Assembly: GCF_963921235.1 (NCBI RefSeq) | Contig: NC_086107.1 | Coordinates: 115,260,001 to 115,324,000 of the forward strand | DNA: 64,000 nucleotides | DNA from: Mobula hypostoma | Taxonomy: Eukaryota | Direction: 5' to 3' | Shown here: positions 35,420 to 47,664 of the stretch, piece by piece | Numbering within the stretch: the stretch's first letter is position 1 | Layout: each line of letters starts with the position of its first letter | Notes under the pieces: generated by a model | The model's database searches: none | Told to the model about the DNA's origin: nothing | Seen by the model: only the letters and a program-made list of their open reading frames with translations | Position numbers and translations under genes: made by a program

Positions 35420-35736
35420 ATCTCCCTCCTCTCCCCCCCCCACTCCTCTTCCCCCCCCACTCCTCTTCCCCCCCCACTCCTCTTCCCCCCCACTCCTCTT
35501 CCCCCCCCACTCCTCTCCCCCACTCCTCTCCCCCCAACTCCTCTCCCCCCCAACTCCTCTCCCCCCAACTCCTCTCCCCCCAACTCCTCTCCCCCCCCAA
35601 CTCCTCTCCCCCCCAACTCCTCTCCCCCCCCACCTCCTCTCCCCCCCCCACTCCTCTCCCCCCCCAACTCCTCTCCCCCCCAACTCCTCTCCCCCCCCAA
35701 CTCCTCTCCCCCCCCCCAACTCCTCTCCCCCCCCCT
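35420..35736. repeat. C-rich ~15-17 bp tandem repeat (ACTCCTCT(C)nA) abutting the exon 11 acceptor
   Basis: About 19 units directly visible. Confidence 0.95.
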
Positions 35737-35747
35737 TTCTCTCGCAG

Positions 35748-35969
35748 GTATTAACCGGCCTTACCACCCCCGCTCCCCAAAGTCCAGTGTGGGTTTGCCT
35801 GCACTCTCCGCCCAGGAGCTCCCAGGCCCAGTGCCTGCTCCAACCTCCCCGCCAGAAGCCAGGAGGGCCCCGCCTCCCCCTTCCGTCGGCACCGACACTT
35901 CCGGCTCGCCATCTCCCGGCTCATCGTCTCCCAAGCCGGCCACACCAGCTCCATCCTTCACCACAGACG
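35748..35969 (+). CDS. ATXN2L: ATXN2L exon 11 (GINRPYHPRSPKS..FTTD)
   Basis: cgcag| and |gtaagc; 222 nt; PRSPKS motif. Confidence 0.93.
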
Positions 35970-36204
35970 GTAAGCAGTCCATCCCACTGTGTGCTTTGGA
36001 GTGGTGTGTGGAGTGTGCAGACTAGGGTCATGTACTCACAGAGCAGTACAGCACTGATTCAGGCCCTTTGACCCAACAAGTCCATACTGACCCAAGTTCC
36101 CATCTGAGCTAATTCCCTCTGCCCACTTTTGGTCCATGTCCCTCTAAACCTTTCTTATCCATGTGTACATCCATCCTAGCTATGCCCCTCATGATTTAAT
36201 ACAT

Positions 36205-36625
36205 CTGTTGTTTTATACATAAACCACCAGAACACCTGAATTAGACCTCAGCCTTTAAACCACTCCTGGAGATCTGTTATTCTATATATAAACCTGCTGA
36301 ACCTCTAGATTAGATCCCAAGTGGATGCTAATAGATCCAATCCTGGGGAAATATTATTCTGCTATTCTATATAAACACCCCTCATGAATCACTGGCTTAG
36401 ATCTTAGTTTGTAACCCAGGGTTGTGTAAACCCTCTCCCGTACCCCTGGACTTGATTCAGCCTATAATCCACTCCCAAAGACACATTCTGTATACAAACC
36501 CAACCTAACTTGTTGATGAAATCCCAGCCTTTAACCCACTCTCAGGGATCTGTTATTCTAAGTCTGAAACTCCCAAACTTCTGGATTAGATCCCAGGCTG
36601 TAACCCAGTTATTCTATATATAAAA
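36205..36625. repeat. Decayed ~65-70 bp minisatellite (TTCTATATATAAAC..GATTAGATCCCAG..GATCTGTTA)
   Basis: About 6 divergent units. Confidence 0.7.
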
Positions 36626-37773
36626 TCATGTCACAGTCTGTAAATCACTTGAGCTGTGGGGAACCTGAACTATGATACAGTGAGTGTGGTTTTCAAAAAT
36701 CGAACTAAGCCACAAGATGGTAGAAACACACAGCAGAAATGTATAAAGCTTTGAGAAACGGATAAGGAAGACAGAATCTTTTCTGGGGTGAAGATGGGTA
36801 TGGGTATATATGTGCGAAGGAGTAAGTTTAAAGAAAATGTGCAGGTTAAGTTTTTTTTTCACAGGGAGGGTGGTGGGTGCCTGGGATGCGCTGCCAGAGT
36901 TAGATATGATGGAGTGTTTAAGAAGCTCTTTGCAGGGCAAAGGGAACAGGCATTTCAGGACTGGGGAACCATCAGAAGCAGCAGATCTGTTCTCTATCCC
37001 AGTATGCAGCCTGGTGTTGCTGCATCTTCCCTGCTCTTCCCTCCTCTCATCAAACCAGAAGATCAATGTTGCCTGTACGATGGATGGCAGTGCCCCATGG
37101 CGTGTTGTAGAACAGGCCTAGTGTTGGAGGTTCACAGTTACCTGCAAATGGTGTCACTGACCGGACGATGAAAAAGGCATTTGTTTGGTATGCTGGCCTT
37201 AATTAGTTAGTTCTAGTCACCCCAATGCAGGAAGGGTGTGGGGCTTTGAAGGATGCTGTAGACGGATGCTTCCAGGATTAGAGGGCATGAGTTATAAAGA
37301 GAGGTTGGACCAAGTTGGTTTGTTTTCTTTTGGAGCGGCAGGGGCTGAGGAGAAACCTGATTGTGGTTTATGATCTTTTCATGAAAGGCAGAGGAGCGCA
37401 GACAGAATCATTTGCTCCAATTCTACCAGGCATGCATTCAAAGTTCAAAGAAGATATGAGGGTCAAGCTTTTTTTATGTCGAGAGTGGGGTGCCTGAAAT
37501 ATGCCACCCAAGGCTGGTGGTAGAGACAAATATGATGAAGATGTGTAAGAGACTGTTAGACAGACACATGAATGTGCAGGGAATGGAAGGAGGTGGTTGA
37601 TCTACAGGGAGATGGGATGCAGACATGATGAGCTGAAAGGTCTTCCATCCCCAACCAAATTTCTCCCTGTGACACCCATGCTTTGGAGTACTGTTCTTTG
37701 GGTGTTTAATGGGTGCTGGCTTTTAAGAAACAGTGACAGTGGTGTTTTGTCTCTGTTGCACCCTCGTTTCCAG

Positions 37774-37869
37774 TGAAAGATCTCGGGAGTGTCTCAGGGA
37801 AGGAGCTGCCCCGGCCAGTGGAGATCCCCTCCAGTAATGCCCAGGAGCTGGGCAAAGTGGCGGTTAAAG
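37774..37869 (+). CDS. ATXN2L: ATXN2L exon 12 (VKDLGS..QELGKVAVK)
   Basis: Canonical sites; 96 nt; phase 1-1. Confidence 0.9.
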
Positions 37870-38016
37870 GTAGGCTGCTATGCCAGGGACGTACAGTGAG
37901 GAGGGAGGTAGGGTGGGGTGAAGAGGAGAGAGCATCTCTGGAGGGGATATGAGGGGGAAGCTCTCAATTCCTAACCTGCTGTCGTCTTGTTTCTGTTGCC
38001 CTCCCCTCCTCCACAG

Positions 38017-38090
38017 GTATTGTCCCTTCTATGTCAGACCAGAAGCGGAATCAGATTGAGGAGCTGAAGAAGTTTGGAGAAGACTTCCGG
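38017..38090 (+). CDS. ATXN2L: ATXN2L exon 13 (GIVPSMSDQKRNQIEELKKFGEDFR)
   Basis: Canonical sites; conserved EELxKF helix. Confidence 0.95.
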
Positions 38091-38114
38091 GTAAGAGAAA
38101 TGGCAGATGGTTTA

Positions 38115-38885
38115 ATCTGTGGAAGTGTGGGATGTTGCATTTTGTGAGGTCAAATATAATAGGATAGGACAGGGCATGGTTTGTGGCAGGACCCTTAAAA
38201 ATGTTGGGATACAGAATGATCTTGGGATGCAAGTCCACAGATGTTGGCAAGTGGCTGCAGAAGTAGATAAGATGGTAAAGAAGGCTTTTGGCTCGTTTGC
38301 ATTCATTGGTGGGAGTGTTGAGTAGAAAAGTCAGCTGAAGTTACATTACAGTTGTATTAAACTTTGGTTGGACTGAACTTGGAGTATTGAGTGCCGTTCT
38401 GGACACCCCTTTACAGAAAGGATGTAGGGGCCTTGGAGAGAGTGCAGAAGTAGTTCACCAGGGTGCCTGGATTAGCGGGCATGAGCTGTAAGCAGAGGCT
38501 GGACAAACTGGGACGGTTTTCTCTGGAGTAGCTGAGGCTGAGAAGAATCCTGATAGAGGTTTATAAGATTATGAGAGGCATAGATAGACAGCCGGTATTT
38601 TTTCCCCCAGAGTGGAAATGTTTAATATTTAAGGTGAGAAGGAGGTAGTTCAAAGTACATGTGCAGGGCATGTTTTTTACCCAGAGAGTGGTAAGTGTCC
38701 GGTATGTGCTGCCTAGCGTGGTGATGGGAGGAGGATACAATAGAGGTGTTTAAGAGGCTTTTATTTGCAGGGAATGGAGGGATACAGACTTCGTGCTGGT
38801 GGATGAGGTAGTTAGATTGCTATCATATTCAGCAAAGGCACAGTGGGTCGAGAGGCCTACTTCTGTACTGCATTGTTCTACATTT
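38115..38885 (+). mobile_element. Decayed CR1 3' fragment
   Basis: QNDLGMQVH..VDKMVKKAFGSFAFI and a TTCTA tail. Confidence 0.8.
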
Positions 38886-39340
38886 ATTGCCTAAGGGTGC
38901 CACGCAGATGAAAAGCAACTCTGGAAGGGAGTGATGGTGGGGGAGAGTCGGGTGTAGAGGAGAGCGTAAACCTCTGTTAATGCTATTGGGTTGATGGGAA
39001 GATCCCAATCAGTTGACTGACAGGTTTCCCCAGACCAAACAACCAAAACCTGAAAATGTGCTGAGCGATGCAGTGGGTAAAGCTATTAAAACCATAAGAC
39101 ACAGGAGCTGAATTGGGGATTGGCTTCGTCAAGCACCTTTTTCCCTGACTGCTACAACAGCCAGGGTCTTCCAGAAGCCACCCATCTCACCTTAGATAAC
39201 ATCTTAAGATAGAAGGACAGAATTGGCCATTTGGCCCATTGGGATAGTTTAAGTATACCAAAAGACTTTGCCTCCACCTCCACAACCTTCTGTAGCAATA
39301 AATTCCACAGATTCATCACCGTCCTTATCTCTGTCTAAAG

Positions 39341-39420
39341 CAGGGGTTCCCATCCTTTTTTATGCCATGGACCAATACCATTAAGCAAGGGGTCCATGGA
39401 TCCCAGGTTGGGAACCCCTG
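39341..39420. mobile_element. 80-bp hAT (Charlie-like) MITE
   Basis: TIRs CAGGGGTTCCCA and TGGGAACCCCTG; flanks GTCTAAAG and GTCTGGAG. Confidence 0.8.
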
Positions 39421-39589
39421 GTCTGGAGAGATATCCTAGTCTAAAGCCGTGCCCTCTGGTCCTGTAGAATCTCACGCTGTTGACAACAACCTCTCCAAGA
39501 CCACTCTTTCTTGGATTTTCAATATTTGGCCTGTATCCCTCTAAACCTTTCCTATCTGTGTACCTGTTTAGAGTCTTTTAAATATTGTG

Positions 39590-40310
39590 TGCTATACACA
39601 AAATGTTGGAGGAACTGAGGAGATCAGGTCTCATCTATAGAGGGGAATAAACGGATGACTTTTCAGAACAAAGCCCTTCATTAGAACCGGAAAGGAAGGA
39701 GGCAGAAGCCAGAATGTGGTGCTGGGGGAGGGGGATGTGCACAAGCTGCCAGGTGATGGTGAGGTGGGGGGAAGTAGAGGGTGCTGGTGGGTGGGGCAGA
39801 GGGAATGAAGTAAGAAGCTGGGAGGTGACTTGTGGTAGAGTTAAAGGGCTGAAGAAGGAGGAGTTTGATAGGAGAGGACAGTGGACCATGGAAGAAAGAG
39901 AAGGAGAGGAATCCAGTTGGGGTGCGATGTGCTGGTGGTGGGCAGATGAAGAGAAGAGAATGGGTCAGATGGGAACCAGAAAGGGGAAGGAAGAGGGAGT
40001 GTAGGTTCTTATTCTGCATTCTGTTATTGTAGCTTGCACTATCTCAATGCAGAGGTGTATGGAGTGATCTGCCTGGATGAGAGTCAGAATCAGGTTATTA
40101 GCATAAAAAGAAGTTTGAAATATTGAGCAGCATACACACAATGCTGGAGGAACTCAGCAGGTCAGGCAGCATCTGGATGAGTTTCAGGTGAGTTTCTTCA
40201 TCAAGATTGGAAAGGAAGGTTGCAGAATCTAGAATAAGAAGTGGTTCCTTCAGCATTTTTTGTGTTTTGCTCAAGATTTCCAGCATCTGAAGAAACTCTT
40301 GTGTTTCAGA
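39590..40310. mobile_element. PLE terminal fragments (minus 39590-40000; short inverted piece 40125-40310)
   Basis: Homology to other PLE termini (tgctggaggaactcagc; gatttccagcatctg). Confidence 0.65.
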
Positions 40311-41004
40311 TATTGTGATTGTATCTGCTTCTATCACTACGTCTGGATGCTTTTTCCATATACAGACCAACTTCTAGGAGGAAACCTTGCCCCTTTAAGT
40401 CATTTGCATTTCAAGAAACCAATGCCCTTTGGCTCTTGATTCCCTAACTCTGGGAGAGAAGGCCTGTCACCACGCCCACACATCATATCTCTGCCCGTGA
40501 TGGTTTTATAAACCTCTGTCAGGTCACCCCTCAGCCTCCTTTGCTCCGGGGAAAACAGTCTGAGCCTGTGCAGATAACTGGAGCCCTCTGCCTGTAATTT
40601 CCCTTGAATCTTTTCTAAAGCCACTCTAGCTTAATCACACCCTCCTACAATTGTACGAATAGAACAGCGAACTGTACGTCAAGTGTGACCTCTTCATCAT
40701 TTTGTATAGCTGTAACAAGACATCCCAGCTCCCATAATTAGGGAATAATAAGATCATGAGGATGTTGACAAAGTCAGTTTTTAAAACTAGATAGCAGAAG
40801 TTTAAGGAAAGGGGAAAGATTTAAAGGGGAACGGAGAGACAACTTTTTCACCCAGAAGGTGATAGGTTTCCAGAATGAGCTACCAGTAAGAGTGGTATGG
40901 GTGGATACATTAACAATGTTTAAATGTAGGTGAATAACTTAGGAGAGAGGTTGAACAAGCTGCAAATTCTTTACAATCTGCAAGATGTTTTTGAGGGCAC
41001 AGTA

Positions 41005-41200
41005 TCACCTGCCAGCTTGTACTTCTCCATCACCTTCTTAATCAGGCTTTTGCCCCCTTCCTTCCAGGCCTGATGAAGGGTTTCAGCCAGAAACGTCAAC
41101 TGTTTATTTCTCTTCATGGATGCTGCCTGCCTTACTGAGTTCCTCCAGCATTTGTTATGTATTGCTCAGGATTTCCAGCATTGCTGAATCTGTTGTGGTT
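41005..41200 (+). mobile_element. PLE terminus with hammerhead core at 41066-41101
   Basis: CUGAUGA..GAAAC-GUC is intact but stems I and II are mismatched. Confidence 0.7.
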
Positions 41201-42125
41201 TTGTAAATGTCTACACTCTTTTCAGCCTTATGGCATCTTTCCTACATTAAGATGACCTGAAATTGAACATGTTCGTGAGGCTGCACTTGGAGTATTGTGT
41301 TCACTTTTGGTTACTGATACAGGAAAGATGCTGTGAAACTGGAAAGAATGCAGAGGAGCTTTACGAGGATGTTGCTCTGACTCGATATACTGAGTTAAGA
41401 AAGAGGTTCGGCAAGTTTGGGCTTTATTCCTTGGAGTGTAGGAGACTGAGGGGTGACCTTACAGAGGTGTATAAAACCACGAGGGGCACAGACAGGGCGA
41501 ATGTGCACTGTCTTTCCTCCCAGAGTTGGGGAATCAAAAACCAGAGGGCACAGGTTTAAGGGGAGAGATTTAATAGAGACCCCCAGAGCAACATTTTCAC
41601 ACAGTGGGTGGTCTGTATATGGAACAAGCCGCCAGAGGAAGTGATTGAGGCAGAGACATTAACATTCAAAAGTCACTTGGACAGGTACATTGATAAGAAA
41701 AGTTTAGAGAGGTTTTGGAACAAATGTGGGCAATGGGATGGGCTCAGATGGACACAGGAAAACTGGGGGTGATAAGTAAATGAGCTGGAGGAACTCAGCA
41801 AATTGAACAGCATCCGTGGGGAGGGGTGTGGGAGGGTTGTAACAACCAGATAACCTGGCATATTCTTCTAGCAGAGACATGAGCTATTAAGTCAATGGGC
41901 CCCTTTTAGTGGATGGGGCAGTCAGTCAAGGTGGGATGATGTTGAGGGGAGTTGGGTGTGTAGTGTTGGGGGATATTTGTAACAGTCATTAAAGGAGGTG
42001 TGTGGGTGTGTCTATTCTAATCCCTGCATCTTCCTGCTTCTCTTCCCAACCATTCCCCTCCACTTGGCATACCACTCCCTCCCCCTTCCCTCCTCCACCC
42101 TGTTCCACCCCCCTCCCCCCAACAG

Positions 42126-42427
42126 CTCCAGGAGCTGGGAAGTGCCCCCTCCAGGCTGAAGGAGGTGGTGGAGAAGCCTGGTGAGGGGGTGGAAGAAGGC
42201 TGCTGCCCCTCTCGTGAGCCCACAGGCAATCTGCCAGCTTCCACTGAGCTGGCGGGGGAGGGACCAATTCCTCCCACTCTTGCCGCCGGCCCCCCACCGG
42301 CCCCCGAGGCCGGGGAGAGGCGAGACGACAGGAAGCCTGGGGAGACAGCGGAGGGGGCACTGCCAGCCCCACCTAGTCCCCAGGGCAAGTGCGACGGAGG
42401 CGAGGAAGAGAAGGAGGGCATGTCGGA
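42126..42427 (+). CDS. ATXN2L: ATXN2L exon 14 (LQELGS..EEKEGMSE)
   Basis: aacag| and |gtgagt; 302 nt; phases 0 and 2 fit the neighbours. Confidence 0.9.
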
Positions 42428-42576
42428 GTGAGTACCTTGAGGAAGCCTGGGCTGGGCGTGGTTAGACTGTACCGAGGGCACAGTGCGGGTTCTATTCTGA
42501 TAGACCACAACAAGGACTCAGTTAAGGCTTTTCCTTCTATTAGATCACAAGGAGTCCCATTCAGGGTTCCTGCTCC

Positions 42577-42866
42577 TTTATTTATTTATTGGGATAAAGC
42601 ACAGAATAGGCCCTAATAGTCCTTCGAGCCATGCCACCCAGCAATCCAGCCCAATCACGGAACAATTTACAATGACCAATTAACCTACCAACCAGTACAC
42701 CTTTGGATTGTTGGGAGGAAACCAGATCACCCAGGGAAAACACACACATTCCATGGGGAGGGCAGGACATATAGACTCCTCACAGATGACGTTGGAGTTG
42801 AACTCCAGACACTAATACCTCAAGCTGTAATAGTGTTGTGCTAACCGCTGCACTACTGTGGCACCC
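42577..42866 (-). mobile_element. V-SINE-like SINE
   Basis: Same head, core and tail as 35100-35393. Confidence 0.7.
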
Positions 42867-43339
42867 TGGGAGCCCATTAGACCGCACTGGGAGCCCCTTT
42901 CAGGGTTCTTGTCCCATTAGACTCCATTGAGTCAGGCAGCACAGTAACAGGAGATGCACAAGATTGCACCTATGGAATCCAGGGTGACAGAGAAGTCTCA
43001 GCTGGATCAGGTAGCATCTGTGAGGGAAATGGCCATCAACGATTCTGTGAACGGTCGCGACCTGAAATGCTGACTGTCCATTTCCCTCCCCAGATACTGC
43101 CAGCCCACTGTTGTTGTGAAATAACTGGTTCTTTGGTGTCCTACCATTTCATTTTCTCTCGCTTAGATTCTCCTTCCCTTTGCCCTAATGTTTAACTGCT
43201 ATGCTGATAGAATTTCTCCCTCCATCAGCCTCTCAGGCAGTGTGTCCCAGATTCCAACCACTCCCCTCATTTACTGTGTGCTTTCTACCCTTGTACCAAC
43301 TGCTCCTTGACACGCCCTACTACTGTGTCTCCCACCCAG

Positions 43340-43409
43340 GCAAGTGAAGAAGTCAACCTTGAACCCCAACGCAAAGGAATTCAATCCCACCAAGACACAC
43401 ATACCCGTG
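43340..43409 (+). CDS. ATXN2L: ATXN2L exon 15, PAM2 motif (QVKKSTLNPNAKEFNPTK)
   Basis: Exact PAM2 motif; canonical sites. Confidence 0.98.
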
Positions 43410-43648
43410 GTGAGTCCGTCTTGCACAATTTCCTATTGGGGACGAGCTGAGCTGCGATAGAGGTTTGTAGGGACCACTTGTAAAGAAAACCTGGATGAAG
43501 TGGGGTGGGGTAAGGTTGTTTTGGTTCGTGAGAGGATGCTGTGCATAATGGTGTGGCAGTGGTGGTGGGAAGTCTTGACCGGTTGGTCAGCGACCATGGG
43601 GAGAGGAGCAACTGCTCTGGGTAAATTCTGTTCTTTCTGTGGTTGCAG

Positions 43649-43792
43649 ACCAAGCCGGCCAGTACCCCAACGCCCCCGCGCCCTCAGACTCAGCCCAGCC
43701 CTTCCATTGTGGTGACGCCAGGCCAGAATGCCATCTACAATGCTCAGTACATCTCTTACGTGCATGGTATCCACATGAACCCCACCGTCCAG
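43649..43792 (+). CDS. ATXN2L: ATXN2L exon 16 (TKPASTPT..QYISYV..PTVQ)
   Basis: Canonical sites; 144 nt. Confidence 0.95.
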
Positions 43793-44077
43793 GTAGGTGG
43801 AGTGTGGATTACCTGTCCGCTCTCCTACGTTCCATCCTAACGCTTCCTCCAACCTCGCACGCCCACCCCTCCACATCCAGATAAGTCACAGTAATTCCGA
43901 TTCCAGTGCTGTCTGCGCGCGTGTGTAACTCCGCTCGCCCGTAACCCTGCCGCCCCCTCACTCGCCTGTAACCCTGCCTCCCCCTAGCCCACCCGCATGT
44001 AATCCCCTTTTCTGTGATTTGCTTCCCTCTGCACTCCTTTTCTGGAGAACGCTAACCTCTCTCCATCTCTCTCCCAG

Positions 44078-44150
44078 GGACCCCAGGTCTATCAATACAC
44101 CATTCCCCCAGTTCAGGTCAGCCAGAGTAAACCATTCCGAACCACTAAAG
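44078..44150 (+). CDS. ATXN2L: ATXN2L exon 17 (GPQVYQY..PFRTTK)
   Basis: GCTAAC branch point; canonical sites; 73 nt. Confidence 0.92.
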
Positions 44151-44859
44151 GTAAGGTTTCAAATCCACGTGCTGTCCACTCAGGTTACACCATAGCAGGA
44201 GCCCTGCGCAGAGTTCACTTCCCCCTCTTGTTAGAAAGTTGGAACCAGTCATTTAAAATTCTTTCTGTGTTTCTCTCCTGTTTCAGCATTAGGCATTTCT
44301 GCACGTATTCTCAAACAAAGGAGACACTTTACACATTTAAACCACAAGAATTTGCTTTACTAGTTGTATAAAACTAAGACTTATTATCTACCAAACGAGA
44401 TGACCTGCAGAATGCAGAGAGACTTCCATGCAGTCTTTTCTTCCTTTCCCTCTCAACGTACTCTCGCCCTGTCAACATACTCTGATCTTCTCATCATACT
44501 TGTCTTCTTCAGCTTACTAGTCCTGGTAGTGACCTAACCTGAGAGAAAACTCTACCCTTGCACGAAGGAATTCCCCCTTCTTATACCCTTCAAAACCTCA
44601 TACTTTACCGTGCATTTCATACCTGCTCCTGCAGCATGATCGCCTTCCCCAGGTTAACTTGTTTTTCACCATTATCTACCATTATGGCTGTAGATTTGTA
44701 CTCTGTTAACTTTCTTAAAATGTTACTGGCTCTCTTGTACTTTCTCAAAACAGTCCCACTTTTAAGTTAATGCCATTTTGTCTCCATTTTATACCAAGGA
44801 AGAATCATATTAAACTCTCTCTCTACACACTGGGAGTTTTTTTTGTGGTTGTCCTCCTG

Positions 44860-45105
44860 TTAGACCACACTGGAAGCCTGCTCAGAGTTCCTTGCCGTTA
44901 GACAGCACTGGGAGCACTGTTCAGAGTTTCCTTTCTTGTTATACCACACTGTTCAGGGATACTGTTGTGTTCGACCGCACTGGAACCCTGCCTGGAGTTC
45001 CACTACCGTGAGAATTCAGCAAAAGCCTTGATCTGATCCCCTCTTGTTAGAATGCACCAGAACCACCATTTGGCATTCTCCTCCTGTTAGACAACATTGA
45101 GAGTA
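44860..45105. repeat. Decayed ~38-bp minisatellite (GTTAGAC..CACTGG..CAGAGTT)
   Basis: Several divergent units; a related motif occurs at about 42865-42925. Confidence 0.55.
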
Positions 45106-45236
45106 CAGTTTCATCAAGTTATGGGGGCAAAAGTGGATGACAAGGGGGACAGGAGGTAGTTTGGGAGGGTCAGGCTCTGTCAGTATACCCCACCCGCTTG
45201 CTGTTAATGGTTTGTCTTGTTGATCTGTCTCTGCAG

Positions 45237-45424
45237 GTTCTGTGCCCCCCCAGCGCTCTGAGCAGCACCACCCTCCATCTGCCCCGCCTATCATGCAAGC
45301 CGCCTCTGCCGCCGGGCCTCCACTGGTGGCAGGGCCCTACTCGCCCCCTTACTTGCCCTATGGGCCGCAGCAGTTCACCGGACAGCCCGCCATGATGCAG
45401 GCCATGGCACAGTACCACTCACAG
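45237..45424 (+). CDS. ATXN2L: ATXN2L exon 18 (GSVPPQRSEQ..AGPPLVA..QYHSQ)
   Basis: Canonical sites; 188 nt. Confidence 0.96.
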
Positions 45425-45814
45425 GTTGGGAGTCCATCTATCTCTGTCTCTGTCTGTCCTTTCCTACTTCTTTTTCCCTTCCCTCCCCCCTCTCCCCCCC
45501 CAGTTACTCTGTCTTCTGCTCTCCCAACTTCTCCCATCCCACCCCCTCTATCTCTCTCTCCCCCCTTACCTGTCTCATTTCCCTCCCCCCTCCCCTCCCC
45601 ATTTCCATTTTCCCTCCACCTCTCACCCCTCCTCCTTCCCCTTGCACCCTCCCCTCCTCCTTTCCTTCTTCCGCCCCCACACCACCACTTTCTTTTTCTC
45701 TATTTCTATCTCTCTCTGTCTCTCACCTGAACGTGAGAGACACCCTGTACCCCCCCTTTCCTGTATCTTCTTCCGGCCTGTGACACTCACGCCTCCCTCC
45801 TTCCTTCCCCACAG

Positions 45815-45944
45815 CCGGTCTACGCCTCCATGATTCAGAGCAACACTCGGATGATTGGATCCGCTCCTCACCCCCAGGCCATTGTGTCCAGTTCGGGCCC
45901 CCAGTACCCCTCAACTGAGCAGGCTCCTCCCCAAGCGATGTACG
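45815..45944 (+). CDS. ATXN2L: ATXN2L exon 19 (PVYASMIQSN..PQAMY)
   Basis: Canonical sites; 130 nt. Confidence 0.96.
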
Positions 45945-46134
45945 GTGAGTGTCGTCTCTCATCCTGTAGGGGATGGGAGAGAAGGGCAGGGACAGGGTTG
46001 GGGGTGAGAGGTGGGAAGAGAGGAAAGAAGAATGCTGAGGGGAAGAGAGCAGGGAGGTGGGTGCTGGGGGGAGAGGGCAGGGCGGTGAGGGGAGAAAGGT
46101 GGGAATGGAGGCGATGCAGGTTGTGGAGAGGGAG

Positions 46135-46400
46135 AGGGGAGGGAAGTGGGTGGGGGAGGGGATGGAGGTTGTGGGTGGGGGAGAGGGGAGGGAAGTGGGT
46201 GGGGGAGGGGATGGAGGTTGTGGGTGGGGGAGGGAAGTGGGTGGGGGAGGGGATGGAGGTTGTGGGAGGGGGAGGGAAGTGGGTGGAGGAGGGGATGGAG
46301 GTTGTGGGAGGGGGAGGGAAGTGGGTGGGGGAGGGGATGGAGGTTGTGGGAGGGGGAGGGAAGTGGGTGGGGGAGGGGATGGAGGTTGTGGGTGGGGGAA
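46135..46400 (+). repeat. G-rich 42-bp tandem repeat, about 6 copies
   Basis: Unit GGGAAGTGGGTGGGGGAGGGGATGGAGGTTGTGGGAGGGGGA. Confidence 0.95.
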
Positions 46401-46504
46401 GAAGGGAGGAGGTGTTGGCAGAGAGAAGGGAGCTTCTTTTGTTGGTGGTTGGGACAAGGTTGGAGAGGTGGACAAACTTCACCTGCTGCTTTTTTCTTCT
46501 ACAG

Positions 46505-46635
46505 TGTCGGCGCAGGTGCCCCAGGCGTACCCCCACGCCACACCGCTTCACCACCACAGCACACATCCTCAGCCAGCAACCACCCCCACCGGCAACCAGG
46601 CTCAGGGACAGCATGCTGCCCCCAGCCCCGTGCAG
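46505..46635 (+). CDS. ATXN2L: ATXN2L exon 20 (VSAQVPQAYPH..QHAAPSPVQ)
   Basis: Canonical sites; 131 nt. Confidence 0.95.
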
Positions 46636-47009
46636 GTACTGGGACCCACTCCCCCATCCCCTCCCCTGCATACCTTCCCATCGCTCTCACATCCTCCTGC
46701 CCCTCCCTCCCTGCCTCAGTTTATTCCCTCCCACCCTCCCTCCCCATCGCTCTCCCCTTTTCCCTCCTACCATTGCTTTCAGACCTATCCTTTCCCTTAT
46801 CTCCCTTCCCCCGGTGTAACGAAACAAAGGTTGGGCCGTGGGTGAAAATGAGGGGCCAACCCATTGATTCTTGACCACCTGTTGTGTCTGTCTGGCAGAG
46901 CAGCTGTGCTGTAGCCTCCTGCCCGTCTGCAGGGAAATCCTGTGGCCTCAGCTTGGTCACCACTTTTGGCAGAGGGGCTGAAGATGAGCCTAAGGGCCTG
47001 GCACAGCAG

Positions 47010-47370
47010 TCTAGATGGGCAAAGGGCCCCACTATAGCAGCTGTTGAAGGCCCATAAGAGCTCCAATGTAGCAGACTGCAGATGGGCCAAAGGATCTCTA
47101 TTTGGTAAAGAATGTCAGTGTAGCAGGCCGTAGACAGGCCAAAGGATCCCAGTGTAGCAGACAGTAGACAGGCCAAAGGACTCCAGTGTAGCAGACGATA
47201 AATAGGCAAAGGACCCCGGGGTAGCAGGTTGCAGATAGGTCAAAGGATCCTGTGTGCAGGGTATAGATGGGCCAAGAATGTGGGATTGGAGGCTGCAGAA
47301 AGGCCGATAGGCCCGAGGTTTGTGGGTTACAGATGGGCCAAGGGGCCCCGGGGCAAGGTGGCAGCAGGCG
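47010..47370. repeat. Decayed ~32-33 bp minisatellite (GGCCAAAGGATCCCAGTGTAGCAGAC..AGA)
   Basis: About 10 divergent units. Confidence 0.75.
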
Positions 47371-47454
47371 CGCGAGACGGTCTCGGAGCAGGGCCTGCTC
47401 AGTCTGCAATGGTGCCTGACATCTCAGTCACTCTCTCTCTCTTTCTGTCTCCAG

Positions 47455-47664
47455 CAGCACCAGGGCAGCCAGCCCCCTCACATATCGAATACGCCGGGCC
47501 AGCAGAGCCTCTACCATGCCGCACTGACCCCCACCCCACCGTCCATCACACCTGCCCCCAATCCCCAGTCCCCACAGACGAGTTTCCCACAGCAGGCTGT
47601 CTACGCCATCCACCCCCACCAGCAGCTCCAGCACGGGTACACCAATATGGCACACGTCACGCAG
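47455..47664 (+). CDS. ATXN2L: ATXN2L exon 21 (QHQGSQ..GYTNMAHVTQ); NAGNAG acceptor, alternative start 47458
   Basis: ctccag|cag|cac; 210 nt. Confidence 0.96.

Noticed and set aside
35388..36071. 227-aa extensin-like Pro-rich ORF and overlapping Gly-rich ORFs
   Set aside because: Artefacts of the stop-free C-rich repeat; the true exon 11 uses another frame.
45723..46874. Several 240-330 aa overlapping ORFs
   Set aside because: Produced by the 42-bp G-rich repeat bridging exons 19 and 20.
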